From the human T2T-CHM13v2.0 reference genome, Homo sapiens: 64,000 nucleotides of DNA. Made by a program: the position numbers and the translations under genes. Of the stretch, positions 1-15,480 are shown piece after piece (the stretch's first letter is position 1; every line of letters starts with the position of its first letter). The notes under the pieces were generated by a model, which was not told the origin of the DNA, searched no databases, and saw only the letters and a program-made list of their open reading frames with translations. Location of the stretch: NCBI RefSeq assembly GCF_009914755.1, contig NC_060935.1, one strand, 5' to 3'.

Positions 1-749
1 GGGGTGAAGTGTCTCAGCAGTTCCTTCCTGAATCGTGCCTCTCCTCTCCTCTGGCTTTCTCTCTCAGCTCTCTCTTCCTTTGTCATATTTTTATTTCCTC
101 ACTTTCCCTCCCACAGTGGAATGAAGCACCGTATTGAGTAGAGGCTGTTGGTGTTGGCCAGAGCTGTAGAATGCTGATGGAGGAACAGGAAGTAAGTGAG
201 GAAGGGGCAGGGGTGCTTCTAAGTGCTCTGTGCACTGACCCAGAAGGTCCTTTTTGGAGCCACAGGGCTGTGGTCCTGAGCATGAAAGAGGAGGGCTGGG
301 GTGAGGATCAACACTCCAGAGGGCCAGGAAAGGGGGAGCCACTGTCTCCATGGGACATTTCTGGAAGACAGTTTTCGAGGTGGTATAGTGGCACGACAGT
401 TATTAAGATAATGATGAAAAAAGATTAGAGGAAGCAGCATTGAAAGCAGCAGCATAAACTTGTGGAGATGGGGGTCAGTGTGGCCCCGATGGTCCTCCTC
501 CCTCCATCACCCTTCTCCCACCCCTAGGTGTGTCACCCTGAAGCTAAAACTGGTCCTGTATGGATGAGGCAACATAAATGGGAGGCAAGGCAGCAGCTGT
601 TGAAAATTCAATCGCGGAGGCCTCTTTGGGGCATATGTGGCCTAGGAGTGGCTGGCACAGAAGTGCTGGAAGTAAAACCACCCCTGCCCCTTTCTTTTCT
701 CTCTACCTCTTATGAGTTTTATGGAGTTAGTATTCCTCCCCTGGACAAA

Positions 750-1280
750 AACTCCAAAGGCCTTCCGACTTCCTCAGTAAGATCCAAAGTTCTTCTCATG
801 GACTTAAGACCCTCTATGACTTGGCCTCCCACCCCTTCTCCTGGACTCTCTTTTGTGTACTCTATTTTGGCTGCACTGGCCTCCTTGTTCCTGGAAGATG
901 CCAGCGTGCCATGCCACGCGGCTTCACATCTGCTGGGCCCTCTGTTGGGACGCTCTTCTTGCACAGTGCCGCCTGGCTCACTCCCTCACTCCTTCTAGGC
1001 CTCTGTTCAGAGGCTCCCTTAACAAAGAGGCTTTCTCTACACACCCCACATCAATTAGACACTTTCTTCACTCACACTCCCACTCGCCTTACCATGATTA
1101 ATTTTTCTTCGTAGCTCTTTATCATCACCACATAACATATTCTGTATCAATCTCTTTACTGTCTATCTCTCTCTGCCTGAATGTCACTGTTTTGTTTGCT
1201 GCTGCATTCCCGATGCCTAGAAGAATGTCTGGCACATGCAGGCTTTCAATAAATATTTGTTGAGTGGGTGAATGAATGAC
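750..1280 (+). mobile_element. L2 LINE 3' fragment
   Basis: Typical L2 3' end: 'gcctagaagaatgtctggcacatgcaggctttcaataaatatttgttgagtgggtgaatgaatga'; boundaries approximate. Confidence 0.7.
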
Positions 1281-1635
1281 TACATCTGACGAGAAGAGAG
1301 GCTTTGGTCACTCTTTAGCATTGATATGTAATCTGTTGAGTGCGTGTTTGCTGCATTTATCAACATTCTTTTAAAACTAGATTCATTTTCTGATAGTATT
1401 ATCTCATCAGTTAGGGGACCGCCTGAGCATTAGGCCACAAGCCAGGCTATTCCTGGAAGGATTGCAGGACAGGCTTGCAGGATGATGCACAGGCTGGTAC
1501 CCTGGGGCTCTTCATGTTTGAGAAGAGAGCCATGGCACTTCTGGGATGTTCACAGTGACCTCACTCTTATTTGATTTTCCCTGGAAGACACCTCAGGCTA
1601 CTTCCTTCTCTGAGGATGAAGTAGAGGAAAGGAGT

Positions 1636-2128
1636 GTATTATTAGTCAGGGCTCTCTAGAGAAACAGAACCAGTAAGATATCTACCCATCCACCCTATTG
1701 GATATATATCCTATCGAGTATATAGATACACACATACATACAGGAGGAAGAGAGGGGGAGGGGGGAAGCGAGGGAGAGAGAGGGAAGGAGAGAGAAAGAG
1801 AATTTGTTTTAGGGAACTGGCTCACATGATTGTGGGGTTGGCTAGTCTGAAATTTGTAGGGAAAGCTGGCAGGCTGGAAACTCAGGAAATTCCTATATTG
1901 CAGTCTTAAGGCTGAATTCCTTCTGTTTCAAGAACTCTCAGTCTTTGCTCTTAAGGCCTTAAACTGATGAGTTAAGGCCCACGGCAGTATGGAGTGTAAT
2001 CTGCTTTACTCAAAGTCTACTGATTCAAATGTTAATTACATGCCAAAATCACCTTCACAGCAATGTCTAGACTGGTGTTTGATTGAACAACTGGCCACCA
2101 TAGCCTAGTGCATAGAAATAACTATCCC
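1636..2128 (-). mobile_element. MLT2-type (ERVL) solo LTR, MLT2D-like, with internal GA-rich microsatellite
   Basis: 'attagtcagggctctctagagaaacagaaccag' and 'aatctgctttactcaaagtctactgatt...caccttcacagcaatgtctagactggtgtttga' match recalled MLT2 motifs. Confidence 0.75.
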
Positions 2129-2399
2129 GGGGACTCACCCTGGCAGCAATATACATGCTGGTGAACAGTCCAGTAGCTGCAGTCTCTTAGAATTAGGAGG
2201 AGCTGCCAAGGTGCCTTATCTCATTCATGCCTCTGGTAGAGTCCTCCTGTGGCAAGTCACACCAGTGAGCAGTGGGGCCCCATCAGGAAGGACTGGGCGG
2301 GGGTGCCCAAGCCCCTTATTCTGCCTTGTTCTGGCCCTGCCCTGGCCTGATCCTTACCCCAAACCCATATCCCCGGGGCCCTGAGTCATACCTAGTTTT

Positions 2400-3250
2400 T
2401 CCCTTTTGTCACTTCATTTATTCTGAGCTCCAGGACTAAAAAGAGAGAAATCAGTCCCTTTTCACATGGAGCTTACATTCCAGTTGGAAGTCAGTCAATC
2501 ATATGAACAAATAAACAAAAATATTTCAGCCCGTGATAAATACTATGAAGAAAATAAGACAGGACAATGGGATTGGTAATGATGGGGTCTCACCTTTCTG
2601 AGGAGGTGCCATTTGAACTGAGAATGAGGGATGCGTGGGAATCAGTCATGCACAGATCTGGGGAGCAGGGGGGTCAGCAAGCGCAAAGGCCCTGAGCATG
2701 CAACTTCTTGGGAGCCAGAAAGAAGGCCGTTTGCTAGGCGCACAGTGAAAGAGGGAGAGTCACACGAGGTGAGGTCAGAGAGAAAGAGAGGGGCCAGGTC
2801 GTGGGGGTCTTGCAGGTCATGGTTAGGATCCTGGGACTTGATTCTAATTTCAAGGAAGCTGTTGGAAAGTCTGTAGTGGTAGAATGCTATAATCTCACAT
2901 TTTATAAAAGGTCACTCTGGCTGCCATGTAGTGAATGGACCACACAGGGAAAGAGTGGAAGCAGGATGCCTTGTTGGAGATGTCACCCAAGCCAGAGATG
3001 ATGGTGGCTTGGAGCGGTGTGACAACAGCGCAGATGAAGAAAATATACATTTGGTGCATTTTTGGAGGCTAAAATGACAGGCCTTTTTGATGAATTGGAT
3101 GTGGCAGATGAAGGAAAGAGGAATGAAGGAAGATTCCTGGGTTTTTATCTAAGCAATGTGTTGAATGGTGCTTTGGTTAACTGAGATGGGAGAAGCAACA
3201 GCTGGTGGAGGGTGAAGGTGGGCAATCGGGTTTGTAATGCCTCTTAGGTA
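2400..3250 (-). mobile_element. L2 LINE fragment
   Basis: 'tcacatggagcttacattccag', 'gcaaaggccctgag' and 'ggtcactctggctgccatgt' are reverse-strand L2 motifs. Confidence 0.65.
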
Positions 3251-3668
3251 TGCAGGGATGTGGTCAGGCCTGGTCACCTACTGCTGCCAGCTTCAAAGTG
3301 GCAGACCTGAGCTGAAACCTGGACAGGGCGACTTTTTCCCAGTGGCTGCCTGGAATTCACTTGCTTTCCTTTATCATCAAGCTCACCGTTGGATGGTAAC
3401 CCCATGAGCTATACCTGCGGGGAGTTCTACCTGAGCTTCTCAGCTCTCCTTGTATCTTGAGCCCATGGCTCCTCTCTCTCTGAGGCAGTTCCTGCCTTCT
3501 GTTGAATTCAGCTCAGTTCCACAAGTTCTTATGGACACCAACTCAGTTTCAGATCCATGCTGGATGTTGGTAGCACAAGGACCAGCAAGGCATGGCTAGG
3601 CCAGCTTCCACAGTTCCTGCTTGCTCTCTGGAGCAGGACTTTTAAAACCTGGGTTCATGGATGGACTG

Positions 3669-4045
3669 TGTATTAGTCCGTTCTCATGCCACTATAAGGG
3701 CATACCCGAGACTGGGTCATTTATAAAGGAAAGAGGTTTAATTGACTCATAGTTCTGCAGGGCTGGGGAGGCCTCAGGAATCTTACAGTTGTGGCAGAAA
3801 GGGAAGCAAACACATCCTTCTCTTCACGTGGCAGTAACAAGGAGAAGGGCCGAGCAAAAGGGAGAAAAGCTCCCTATAAAACCATCAGCTCTCATGAGAG
3901 CTCACTCATTATCACAAGAACAGCATGGGGGAACTGCCCCCATGATTCAATTATCTCCACCTGGTCCCTCTCATGACACGGGGGGATTACAGAAACCATA
4001 ATTCAAGATGAGATTTGATGGGGGGAACACAGCCAAACCATATCA
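3669..4045 (-). mobile_element. THE1 (MaLR) solo LTR, THE1C-like
   Basis: Runs 'tgtattagtccgttctcatg' to 'acagccaaaccatatca'; 5-bp TSD gactg/gattg. Confidence 0.9.
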
Positions 4046-4078
4046 GATTGCAAGGGAAAGATCTGTAACTTCCCAGAC

Positions 4079-4142
4079 ATGTGGTATAAAATTTGTGTTT
4101 AGGTACATTAATGTGGTATAAAATTTGTGCTTAGGTACATTA
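4079..4142. repeat. 31-bp tandem duplication (atgtggtataaaatttgtgYttaggtacatt) x2
   Basis: Directly visible, one mismatch between copies. Confidence 0.9.
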
Positions 4143-5524
4143 TGGTATTCATTTTTCTAGGAAGGGGACCTATGGCTTCTAACAGACACTAAAAAAAGGT
4201 AGGTGACCCCCAAAATGCCAAGACTGCTATTCTGCGGGTGAAGCGCCCAATGCTTAATCCCTCTCCCTCCAGTCTTGAGTCATCACCAGCATCCAGCCTT
4301 TCTCAACCTTGCAGCTGCTTCAGGATGTGACAGATGTGATAAAATGCAGGGCAGGTCGGGATAGGCCAAGAAGCAGGAAGGGGCTGGATCTTAGGGTGTG
4401 TGAGGGACAGGTACAGAATGCCCCTGGAGAGAGTGTGGGGGGCTTCAAATGCCATCTGAGGAGTCTGGATTTACCCCTGCGAATGATAGGGAGTTAGAAA
4501 GCATCTTAAGCATGGGTGACATGGACAACTTTGTGTATCAGATAGTCCTCTCTCATAGTTGGGTGGAGCATGGACAGGAGATGGGTAAGGCTGGAGAGGG
4601 AGAGTCAGGAGGAAAGAATGGGAGATGAGACAGTGTGGATTTGGAGTGGAAGGAAGAGGAATGGAGGGAGTGGAAGCTAAATGACCACTGCCTGTTGCTA
4701 CAGAGAGAGGCTATTCTGGAAATGCTGAGCTTGGCAGAAGAGGCTTTGGGGGCTCAGGGGAGAAAAGAGGGGTAGCTTGTTGGCCAGAGAAGTGGGAAGA
4801 CACCTGGGTTGAATGAGGGTCTACAGGAAGGCTCCCTGGAAGATGGACAGCCTGACTCTGCAGTGTGGCCAGGCTTCTCTTGGAAGACACTCTCCTGAAG
4901 TCCTCGTGGGCAAATGATTTGGGATCAGGGAAGAGAGGACTGAAAGTCAGGGAGGCCAGAGGGTGCATGGCGGACCGTAGGCCCCTGCAGGAGGAGAACT
5001 GGGAGAGGTCAGAGGCTGAGGGCGTGCAGAGTCTCAAAGGTAGGCTAAGCAAAAGCAGGGAAATCAGGGGAAGGATGGAGGCTGAGATCACTAAGGGGCA
5101 TTCCACAGGAACAGTTGCTTCCTCAGGGTGACCATGCCCAGTGCCTCTGTATATGCTCTTCCCTGGGGCTAGAACACTCCATCCTCCTTCCCACACGTGC
5201 TTGGTGTCACGCCCCAGGCTCTCGTCCTTCTGTGACCTCGAGAGCAGAGCCAGTCACTTCCTCCTCCCTGCTCTCACAGCCCCTGGGCTTGCCTCCTCAA
5301 AGCACTTTGCAGGCTGGATTGCTGGTGACTGTGTGTGCTTGCTACCCCCACCCCCAACCAGGAGACTGGACTTCCTGGGGGACAGGCTTGTCTGTCATCC
5401 ATGGGTCCCCTGAGTCTGGTACAGCTGATTGCAGCCCTGCTATGGATATTGAACTGTTAGGTCCTGAGTGGGACACTCCTGCCAGTGGGTTTACAAAGGA
5501 GCCAGTGTAGGACACAATTTAAAA

Positions 5525-5723
5525 AAGTGTTTACCAATTTATTATAAAGGATATTACAAAGAATACAGATGAACAACAGCCAGATGGATGGAATAGATAC
5601 CTAAGGCAAGAGATGTGGGAAGAGGCGAGGGGCTCCATGCCCTCTCTGGATGCACCACCCTCCAGGAGCCTTCAGGTGTTCAGCTACCAGGAAGCTCCCT
5701 CAAACCAAACCTTTTGTGTTTTT
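5525..5723 (-). mobile_element. MER21-type LTR fragment, truncated at U6atac
   Basis: 'tttattataaaggatattacaaagaatacagatgaaca...caccaccctccaggagcctt...gtgttcagctaccaggaagctc'. Confidence 0.65.
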
Positions 5724-5848
5724 AAAAAGGATGGTTAGTTGCCTTGAAGTAGGTGGCGATGCCTTAACTGCATGCATGCTGTCAGGTTGCAGGGTCTCTT
5801 CCGTCATTGTCAAGGGGAGTGCTAACTTTCCCTCCTTTCTTAAAACAT
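5724..5848 (-). pseudogene. U6atac snRNA pseudogene, full length
   Basis: Reverse complement reads tgttttaagaaaggagggaaagttagcactccccttgacaatgacggaagagaccctgcaacctgacagcatgcatgcagttaaggcatcgccacctacttcaaggcaactaaccatccttttt, collinear with recalled U6atac but with many substitutions; upstream DNA is L1, not a Pol III promoter. Confidence 0.93.
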
Positions 5849-6870
5849 GCAACATGATGTTTTAATGTACATATGTATGCATAATGTACATATGTATGCA
5901 TAATGTACATAGGCAGGAACTTGCTGTGCAACTATCAGTAGTTTCTTTCTATCCGTAGCCGAAGCAGTTACTATGGCCGAGGAAACTGACATATCCATTA
6001 TCTCACATAGTTACCTTTCTTTCTTTTTTTTGGTGAGAGTACCTAAAATCTACGCTCTTAGCAAATTTCCAGTATGCAATACAATATTAACTATAGTCCT
6101 CATGCTGTCCGTTGAATCTCTAGTCTTATTCATCCTATACAACTACATCTTTCAACCCTTTGACCTACATCTGTCCAGTCCCTCCCATCAATCATCATTC
6201 TTCTGTTTTTATGTATTCAATTTTTTTAAGATTCATGTGTAAGTGAAATCATGCAGTGTTTTTCTTTCTTTCTGTGTCTGGTTTATTTTACTCAGCATAA
6301 TGTCCTTCAGGTTCATCTATCTTGTTACAAATGGCAGGATTGCTTTCTTTTCAAGGCTGAATAATATTTCTTTGTGTGTGTTTACATTTATATATAAATA
6401 TATGTAACACACATATATATGTTTATGTATACACAAAGAAATATATATACACACATATATTTATACATATACATCATGATTTCTTTATCCATTTATCTCT
6501 TGATGGACACTTCGGTTGTTTTCATATCTTGGCAGTTTTGAATAATGCTGCGATGAACATGGGAGTGCAGCTATCTTTACAAGGTGGTGATTTCATTTCC
6601 TTTAGGTATATACCCAATAGTAGGATTGCCAGATCATACAGTAGTTCTATTTGTAACTTTTTGAGGAACCCCCATACTGTTTTCCATAATGGTTGTACCA
6701 ATTTACATTCTCACCAACATTATACAAGGGTTCCCTTTATCTACAGCCTTGCCAATCCTTGTTATCTCTTGTCTTTTTGAGAATAGCCAGCCTAGCAGGT
6801 ATGAGGTGATCACTCATTGTGGTTTTGATTTGCATTGTGGTTTTGATTTATCTTTTATTGTACCTGTTTG
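5849..6870 (-). mobile_element. L1MA-type LINE 3' fragment
   Basis: 'acatatccattatctcacatagttacc', 'aataatgctgcgatgaacatgggagtgcag', 'ttttccataatggttgtaccaatttacattctcacc'. Confidence 0.85.
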
Positions 6871-9089
6871 CCACTAGTGTATCTTTCTCTACCTTTGTTT
6901 TCCCTCTTCTTTCTTTCCTGCCTTTTTAACCTCACCTCTCACTTCTCCTGAAAAGTCCTTTCCAGTCTTCTACTCTGTTCCAGGAAAAGGTAATAGAAAG
7001 ATCCAAACAAATGATGGCCTCAGACGTGCTGGGCCCAAGCAGCCCCAGACACCCACTGTGGCCTGATCTTGCCCTGTGGACCCCTCTCCGCAGTACGTTT
7101 AAGCTGGACCAGCCTTTAGTGGGCGTGGTGGGGTGCTTGGACAGTCGCCCCCTGCCTCTACCATAGGAGATCTGGGACTGTCTTTGGAAACCTCAATAAT
7201 GCAGGTGAGAAAATAGGCACAGAGAGGGGAAAGAAGCTGCTGATAGTTGCAAGTTCCTGGGATGTCAGGCTTGCTCTGCCACTCCGAGGCTGTGTGATCT
7301 AGTGCTAGCCTCAACTTAGTTTTCACATCTACGAAATGGGCATAACAAGAGGAGAATTAATTGTGAAGGTGTTCTGAAAGTTTTTTCACATCTGTCACTG
7401 ATAAACAGTGGGCCGTACCTAGGACCTAAATTTCTTGATTTCCAGCCTCATACTTTTTGTATCCATCAAATATGTTTGATGGAGCTAAGGGTGAACTGTT
7501 CTAGTTGGGATGTGCAGCCACTCTGGGCACAGAAAGTCCTCAGCCAACCACTGTAAATGTGCTGACTTGACTCCACACAGACTTTTTACTATATGCTGGA
7601 GATCCAGTAGAGAGGAAATTGTGGGCAGCAAAAGGAAGTGAAAAATTGCTCCCTCACCCTCAGCAAGGGTTCATTATTAATTCAACAAATATTTATTGAG
7701 GACCTATTATGTGTCAGGGTTTGTTCCAGGCACTGGAGATACAATGGTGAGCCAGACAGCAAAGTTCTTGCTCTCATGAAAATTCTGGATCTTTCTTCAC
7801 CTCTGATATCCTGACTTATCCTGCCCTAAAGTAGTTTCAGCCTCCCCAAACCAAGGGCCAGAAGGCTTCTTCCCCTCCACCCTGGATCCCAGTCCCTGCT
7901 GTCTCTAAATTAAAGCTCTGTTTCCTGGGGCAAAGTGCCAGGCTCAGCAGGAACACTGGCAAGGCCTTTGGAAGCCAAAGATAACACCCCTCATCTCCCC
8001 GCAACTCTTCCCCAGGAGTCGTGGTCCCCTTCTGCTGAGTTCTGGGCTTTGTCAGGGATGGGCTGCCCTCTGGGGGTCTGGCTGGACTCTCCCAGAGCAG
8101 CTGAGCTTCAGGCAGGCTCCCTCTGCCACTCTTCTACCTCACAGAGAATTCAGTCTTACTCGAAATCCCCAGCCTCAACTTTAGGCACTAGCTCGAGCCT
8201 TCCTAAAATTTCCCAGTGTCCACATTTCTAATGCCCAGGACTCTGCTTTTGCTCCAAGCTCAGAAGCCCAGGTCTGGAGCCTCTGAGAAGTGGCTGACAA
8301 TCTCCAGGGTTCCCAGGCTGCCCTGTTGAGATGGAGGCAGCCTGGGCTGATACTAGAGCCCTAGGATGGGCACAGGTAGGCCTGGAGTTTGGTCCTGTTT
8401 CTGCCACTTGCTTCCTATGGGATATGGGGCAAGTCACTTTCCATCTCCGAGCTGAGGTTACTTGTTTGTGTGTTCATTCATCCATTCACGCATCCAGCAA
8501 GCCTTTTGACTACTCTTCACCTCCTGTTGGGTCAAGTCTCAGCTCCTTGACACAGTATCTAAGGCCCTTCACAGTCTGTACCATCTAGGAGGAAGCTGGA
8601 TGAGAGGTTTTGTTTCCTGAATGGCTCTTGTTCTGCCCTCTGTCTTACCAGTTCTTCACATGCCTCATCTGGAACCCCAGCTGGTCTCCTGTGCCAGGCA
8701 CCCTGGCAGGGGCACACTCTGGGCATCTGAGCACAGGGAAGCTCTGTCTTTCTCTAGGAATTCTGGCTGCCTGGTGCTAACAGACAGGGTTTTGAAAGAC
8801 GATTTTCCAGTTCCTGAGTTCAGGCCTAAACTTGGAGGTGGAAGAGAGGGCACCGAGGAGTAGGTTATTTCAAGAACCAGGGAGGGCCAGCTGGCCAACA
8901 GGCTCAGAGAGGTAGCCTCTGGGTGGACAGCCCAGGGAAAAAAAAAGATGGGAGGACAAAGGGTTCTGTAGAAGCTGAGACCTGGAAGTGGACATGGGCA
9001 GGTTGGTTTGACTCAGAAATTGGGACTTGAGGTTGCTGCTGCCTTGGTGGCCAGACTTTAGAGGAGAGCACAGCTTGGATGTGTTGGGA

Positions 9090-9482
9090 AAGTATCCTGT
9101 TCCATCACTATGATTGTGGTGATTAGTTCAGGGATGGGTACATGGCCCAAGAGTGGTCTTTCTGAGTGAATTCCAGGAATTGATCCTGAGCATTGGGGAA
9201 GAGACTTGTTCTTTTCCCATTGGACATGTATGTGGGAAGATGAAGCTTGGAATTGCTGGTAGCCATTTTTCCATAGATGTGAAGTCTGAGATTGAAGCCA
9301 ACAGAGACAGAGCAGAGCAGAGGCACAGCTAGACTGGGCAATGTCATTCTTTGAGCCTAGTGTAAAGCTTTGCCTGAAGCTGGCTGTCCCTGGTCTTTTT
9401 TAGTTTCATGTGCCCTTTTTTGCTTAAGCCAGTTAGAATTTTTAAAAAATCACTTGCAACCAGAAGAGTCCTACCTGACACA
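9090..9482 (+). mobile_element. Old MLT1 (MaLR) LTR
   Basis: 'gcttggaattgctggtagccatt' and 'ttttgcttaagccagtt...tcacttgcaaccagaagagtcctacctgacaca'. Confidence 0.65.
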
Positions 9483-10129
9483 TAACCGATGACAAAATTC
9501 GTCTTCAGAAAGATCAATGTGATAGGGGAAGAGCCCTCAAGAAATCATCAGACCTCAGTCCCACAGGAACTCGGTGGAGCTCAATTGTTGATGACTGCCA
9601 TCTTGTGTGGGATCTAATGAGGGCCCCACTGATCTAGAGACCAACAGCCTGGGGGCCCAAGACAGCTGCTCTTTGATTCCAAATGAGGTATGAACAGAGC
9701 CTGTCCACCTGGACACCGAGGCACCTGCCTTGTTGTGCCACATGTATCTGTGACTAAGAGGAGATTTGGCTGGTTACTGCCTAGCTCTGTAGCCCAGTCA
9801 GCTCACATAGTCCAGGGAAAAGGGATTAGTTAGACATCAGGACTGGGACTTGGAAAACCCATCTGGGGTGGAGGGTGCTTCTGAAAGGGGTCTACTTAGA
9901 AATAAAGGCGAGAGAAATCCTGCGTCCCTCTGATGTCCATCATAGCCGTACAAGCTGCCACTCCTGGATATGACTTAACCTTTTGACAGCTCTTCCCCAA
10001 ATGGACTTCTGGGTCTCTACTTGGACAAAAGAGGGCTAGGCAGAGAATTCAGGGCTTTTGGCCTGCAGAGGTTGAAAATGTAGCAGAGCAGAATGAAGAT
10101 TAAACGGAACTGAACACTGGAACGTAGTA

Positions 10130-12009
<1,880 letters not shown>

Positions 12010-13829
12010 TAGATTGTTGTTTGCTGGATTTCTACTCAATAGAACAGAAATTACCTCAATAGTAAATATTCTATAGTTCTCATTTCAGATGAAAATTCAG
12101 CTGTTCTCAACGACTTTTTTGTTGTTTGCATAGGTGATCCTCAACTTTGATATGTTCTAATTTTCATGCATGTATCTTTCACTTCTGTGACTGTATACTG
12201 ATAACTCAAACAGATACTTCATCCTTTAGTTGATGGGTGGTGATTTTACCTTCCCTCTTGTGTGACCACTTGCTAAGTGCTGCTGCTTGGGGATAAAAGG
12301 CTGGGTTTCTACAGAGACAAGGGGTATGGGAAGCGTTCATGGTACAGCTGCCCCCCTTTCCCTCTGTGTGCCAAGGGAATCCCAAATTTTCTGAATGCCT
12401 GGAGTTTGTCGGTTGATAACAAATTGTTGTACAATGAACAATTAGGTGTTTGCTTCCCAGGCCCATGCTCCCCTCTCCACCACTACAGTCCTTGCATCTG
12501 GTAAGGGTGGGAAGGGGGTTCAGTGGCCACTGGTCCTAGGTGATGGCAAGGGTGGTGTCACTGGCTGGGGATGGTGGAGACTTTGCCGTGCCACAGGGGT
12601 GGAGAAGATGAGGGCAGAGAGGAGAGGTGGAATCATGGAAGAGAAGCCACAGGCTCGACCTCCCAGGCACCAGGGAGCAACAGAGGGATGCTTGTGAAAG
12701 TTTTTATCTGTCAGGACCCAAGATAGCTATAATGCATGTGACAGGGATGGCAATTTTGCAAATATAAAACAGATATATTTAATTACTCATTACATCACTG
12801 TTTTCCCTCTGAGATCCAGCTACAAAAATTATCACTAGAGGGCAGGAGAGGTCTCTTTAGCAAGAAACATGCGTCCTAGCCCAGGGTACTGGCTTCTCCC
12901 ATAGTGTGGGGGCAGTGCTGACTAATGCTTCCCTGTTCACAACACGCTTAGAAAGTGAGAATATGCGTGTGGCACACTGGGGTCAGCTAAAGGGGATTTG
13001 GGAATGCCTACATGGGAGCTAGTGAAAAAAATTCACATTTTCTTCATGTTATATTATTACAATAATATACAAAACAAAATATTAAATGTTGAATTTATAT
13101 AATATTCTAAAGAAAATCATTTAAATATTTTATTGTTAAACATGAGCTTGCTTCAAATTAACATGTCTTTTTTATGTAGTTTTAGGCTTGAAATGGCTAC
13201 ATGGAATTTCTGATCAAGATTTTTAAGGGTTTCTTCATTCTTTTTTCAAATTTCATTTGTTTCTAATTTTTAAATGTTTATAGATTTAGTGGGTACAAGT
13301 GCCATTTTGTTACATGGATATATTGCAAAGTGGTGAAGTCTGGGCTTTTCCTGTAACTATCACTTGAATAGTGTACATTGTACCCATAATCATCATTAAC
13401 AGGAAATTTGTTTGTACAGATTGGTGATAAAAAGTTAAAAACAATTTTGCACCTGTTAAAAAATATATACCAGTTGAAATCATATAGAGACTATAACGGC
13501 ATTTTCTTTTTTCAAACAACAAATGTGGTATTGAAATTTTTTGGGATGAGCATTGGATTTAGCACCCTTCAAACCTTTTGGATTCTAGTGCACTTAGGTA
13601 ATGGTGAAGCCCTAATCTGCAGAATACACATGCAATTTTACATCAGATATCCTGCAGGCAGTGTGGAGGTGACTAAAGAGGCTCATCTACTGAGAAAGAC
13701 AGGAACAGCCCATATACATCGAGTGACTGTTGTCCTGATTTGTCCTGAAGGGCTCTGATTCATTCTTCTGACATGACATGACTATCCAGAGCACTTCCCT
13801 TTGCTAAAAAACAAACAAGAAGCGTGCCA

Positions 13830-14195
13830 GTTTGGTGTTCATACACAGTGTGGATGAATCTCGAAACATTGCCCAGAATGAAAGAAGCCAGACACAAAAA
13901 AGTACATGCTGTATGATTCCATTTATTTGAAATTCTAGAATAGGCAAAACTAATTTGTAGTGATGGAAGACAGATGAGTAGTTGTCTCAGGCAGTGGTGG
14001 GGGTGAGTGACTGCAGTGGGGCATATGGGGCATTTGGGGGGTAATGACAACATTGTGTATCTTGATCATGGTAGTGGTGACACTGGTGGATCACCCATGT
14101 ATACATTTGCAGAAACTCATAGTACTATATAGTTAAAATAGATGCATTTCATTATATGTAAATTATACCTCATTAAAGTCGATTTAAAAAAAGAA
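13830..14195 (+). mobile_element. Old L1M 3' end fragment
   Basis: 'tggatgaatctcgaaacatt...gaaagaagccagacacaaaa...tgtatgattccattt...tatgtaaattatacctcattaaag'. Confidence 0.75.
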
Positions 14196-14908
14196 AGTAT
14201 ACTATTTTGGACAATGAATTTTATGGTTTCTGTACATAGGCGTGAAGACAGATTCAGGGCTGCCATTTCTACTGTGGCTGCCAGAAGCTCCCTCCTGCTC
14301 TCCTTGCCCCCGGCCCCATCCCTCTTGGTCTGTGCTCTGTGCTCACCCGACGCAAGGGACACACACTCCTCCAGTGGGTTTCTGGCTCTGTCCATGTGGG
14401 AGTGGCACACTATGCAGCAAGCTGCCAAAGGACGTGTCCTCGCCGCTTGGGATGAGATCACTGTCCTTGCTGTTTGATGGGGCCCACTCTTGGCTGCCCT
14501 CCAAGGAGCTGTAGGTGAGGTTCTCCTTAGAGGTACCCAGCCTGTGCACTTTGGCTGCCCTCTCACCTGAGGACCGAGGGCATCACCATTGTGCTGCATG
14601 CCTGTGGCCCATCTGAAGCACTTCCACGGGGAAGCTCTGGCCTAGGGAAGGTACCTGTGCCTGTCCCTAAGGCTTTCTCATGAGGCTAGAGTAGAAAGGG
14701 GGAGGATCTGACATAAAGGAAGCAAATAAGCACCCATTTCTTGGTCCCAGGGAATTGTGGGAGGAAGAAGGAGGGAGGACAGGAGATGGTGGAGAGTGGA
14801 GGGCAGTGGCGGGGGCAGTGCAAGGAGAAATGGAGCGGGATGGGAAGAGAAGTTGAGAGTGGTCAGCCAGATGGGTCTTAAATTCCCTTTCTGGGCTTTG
14901 GTCTAGAG

Positions 14909-15480
<572 letters not shown>

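Larger units (their letters stand above)
3632..4230. mobile_element. Degraded hAT-Charlie MITE (MER103-like) interrupted by THE1
   Basis: 'aacctgggttcatggatgg' left of THE1 and 'ttcatttttctaggaaggggacctatggcttctaacag...tgacccccaaaa' right of it. Confidence 0.5.

Noticed and set aside
5724-5848. Functional U6atac snRNA gene
   Set aside because: Many substitutions including the 5' region; upstream DNA is L1 with no PSE/TATA promoter.
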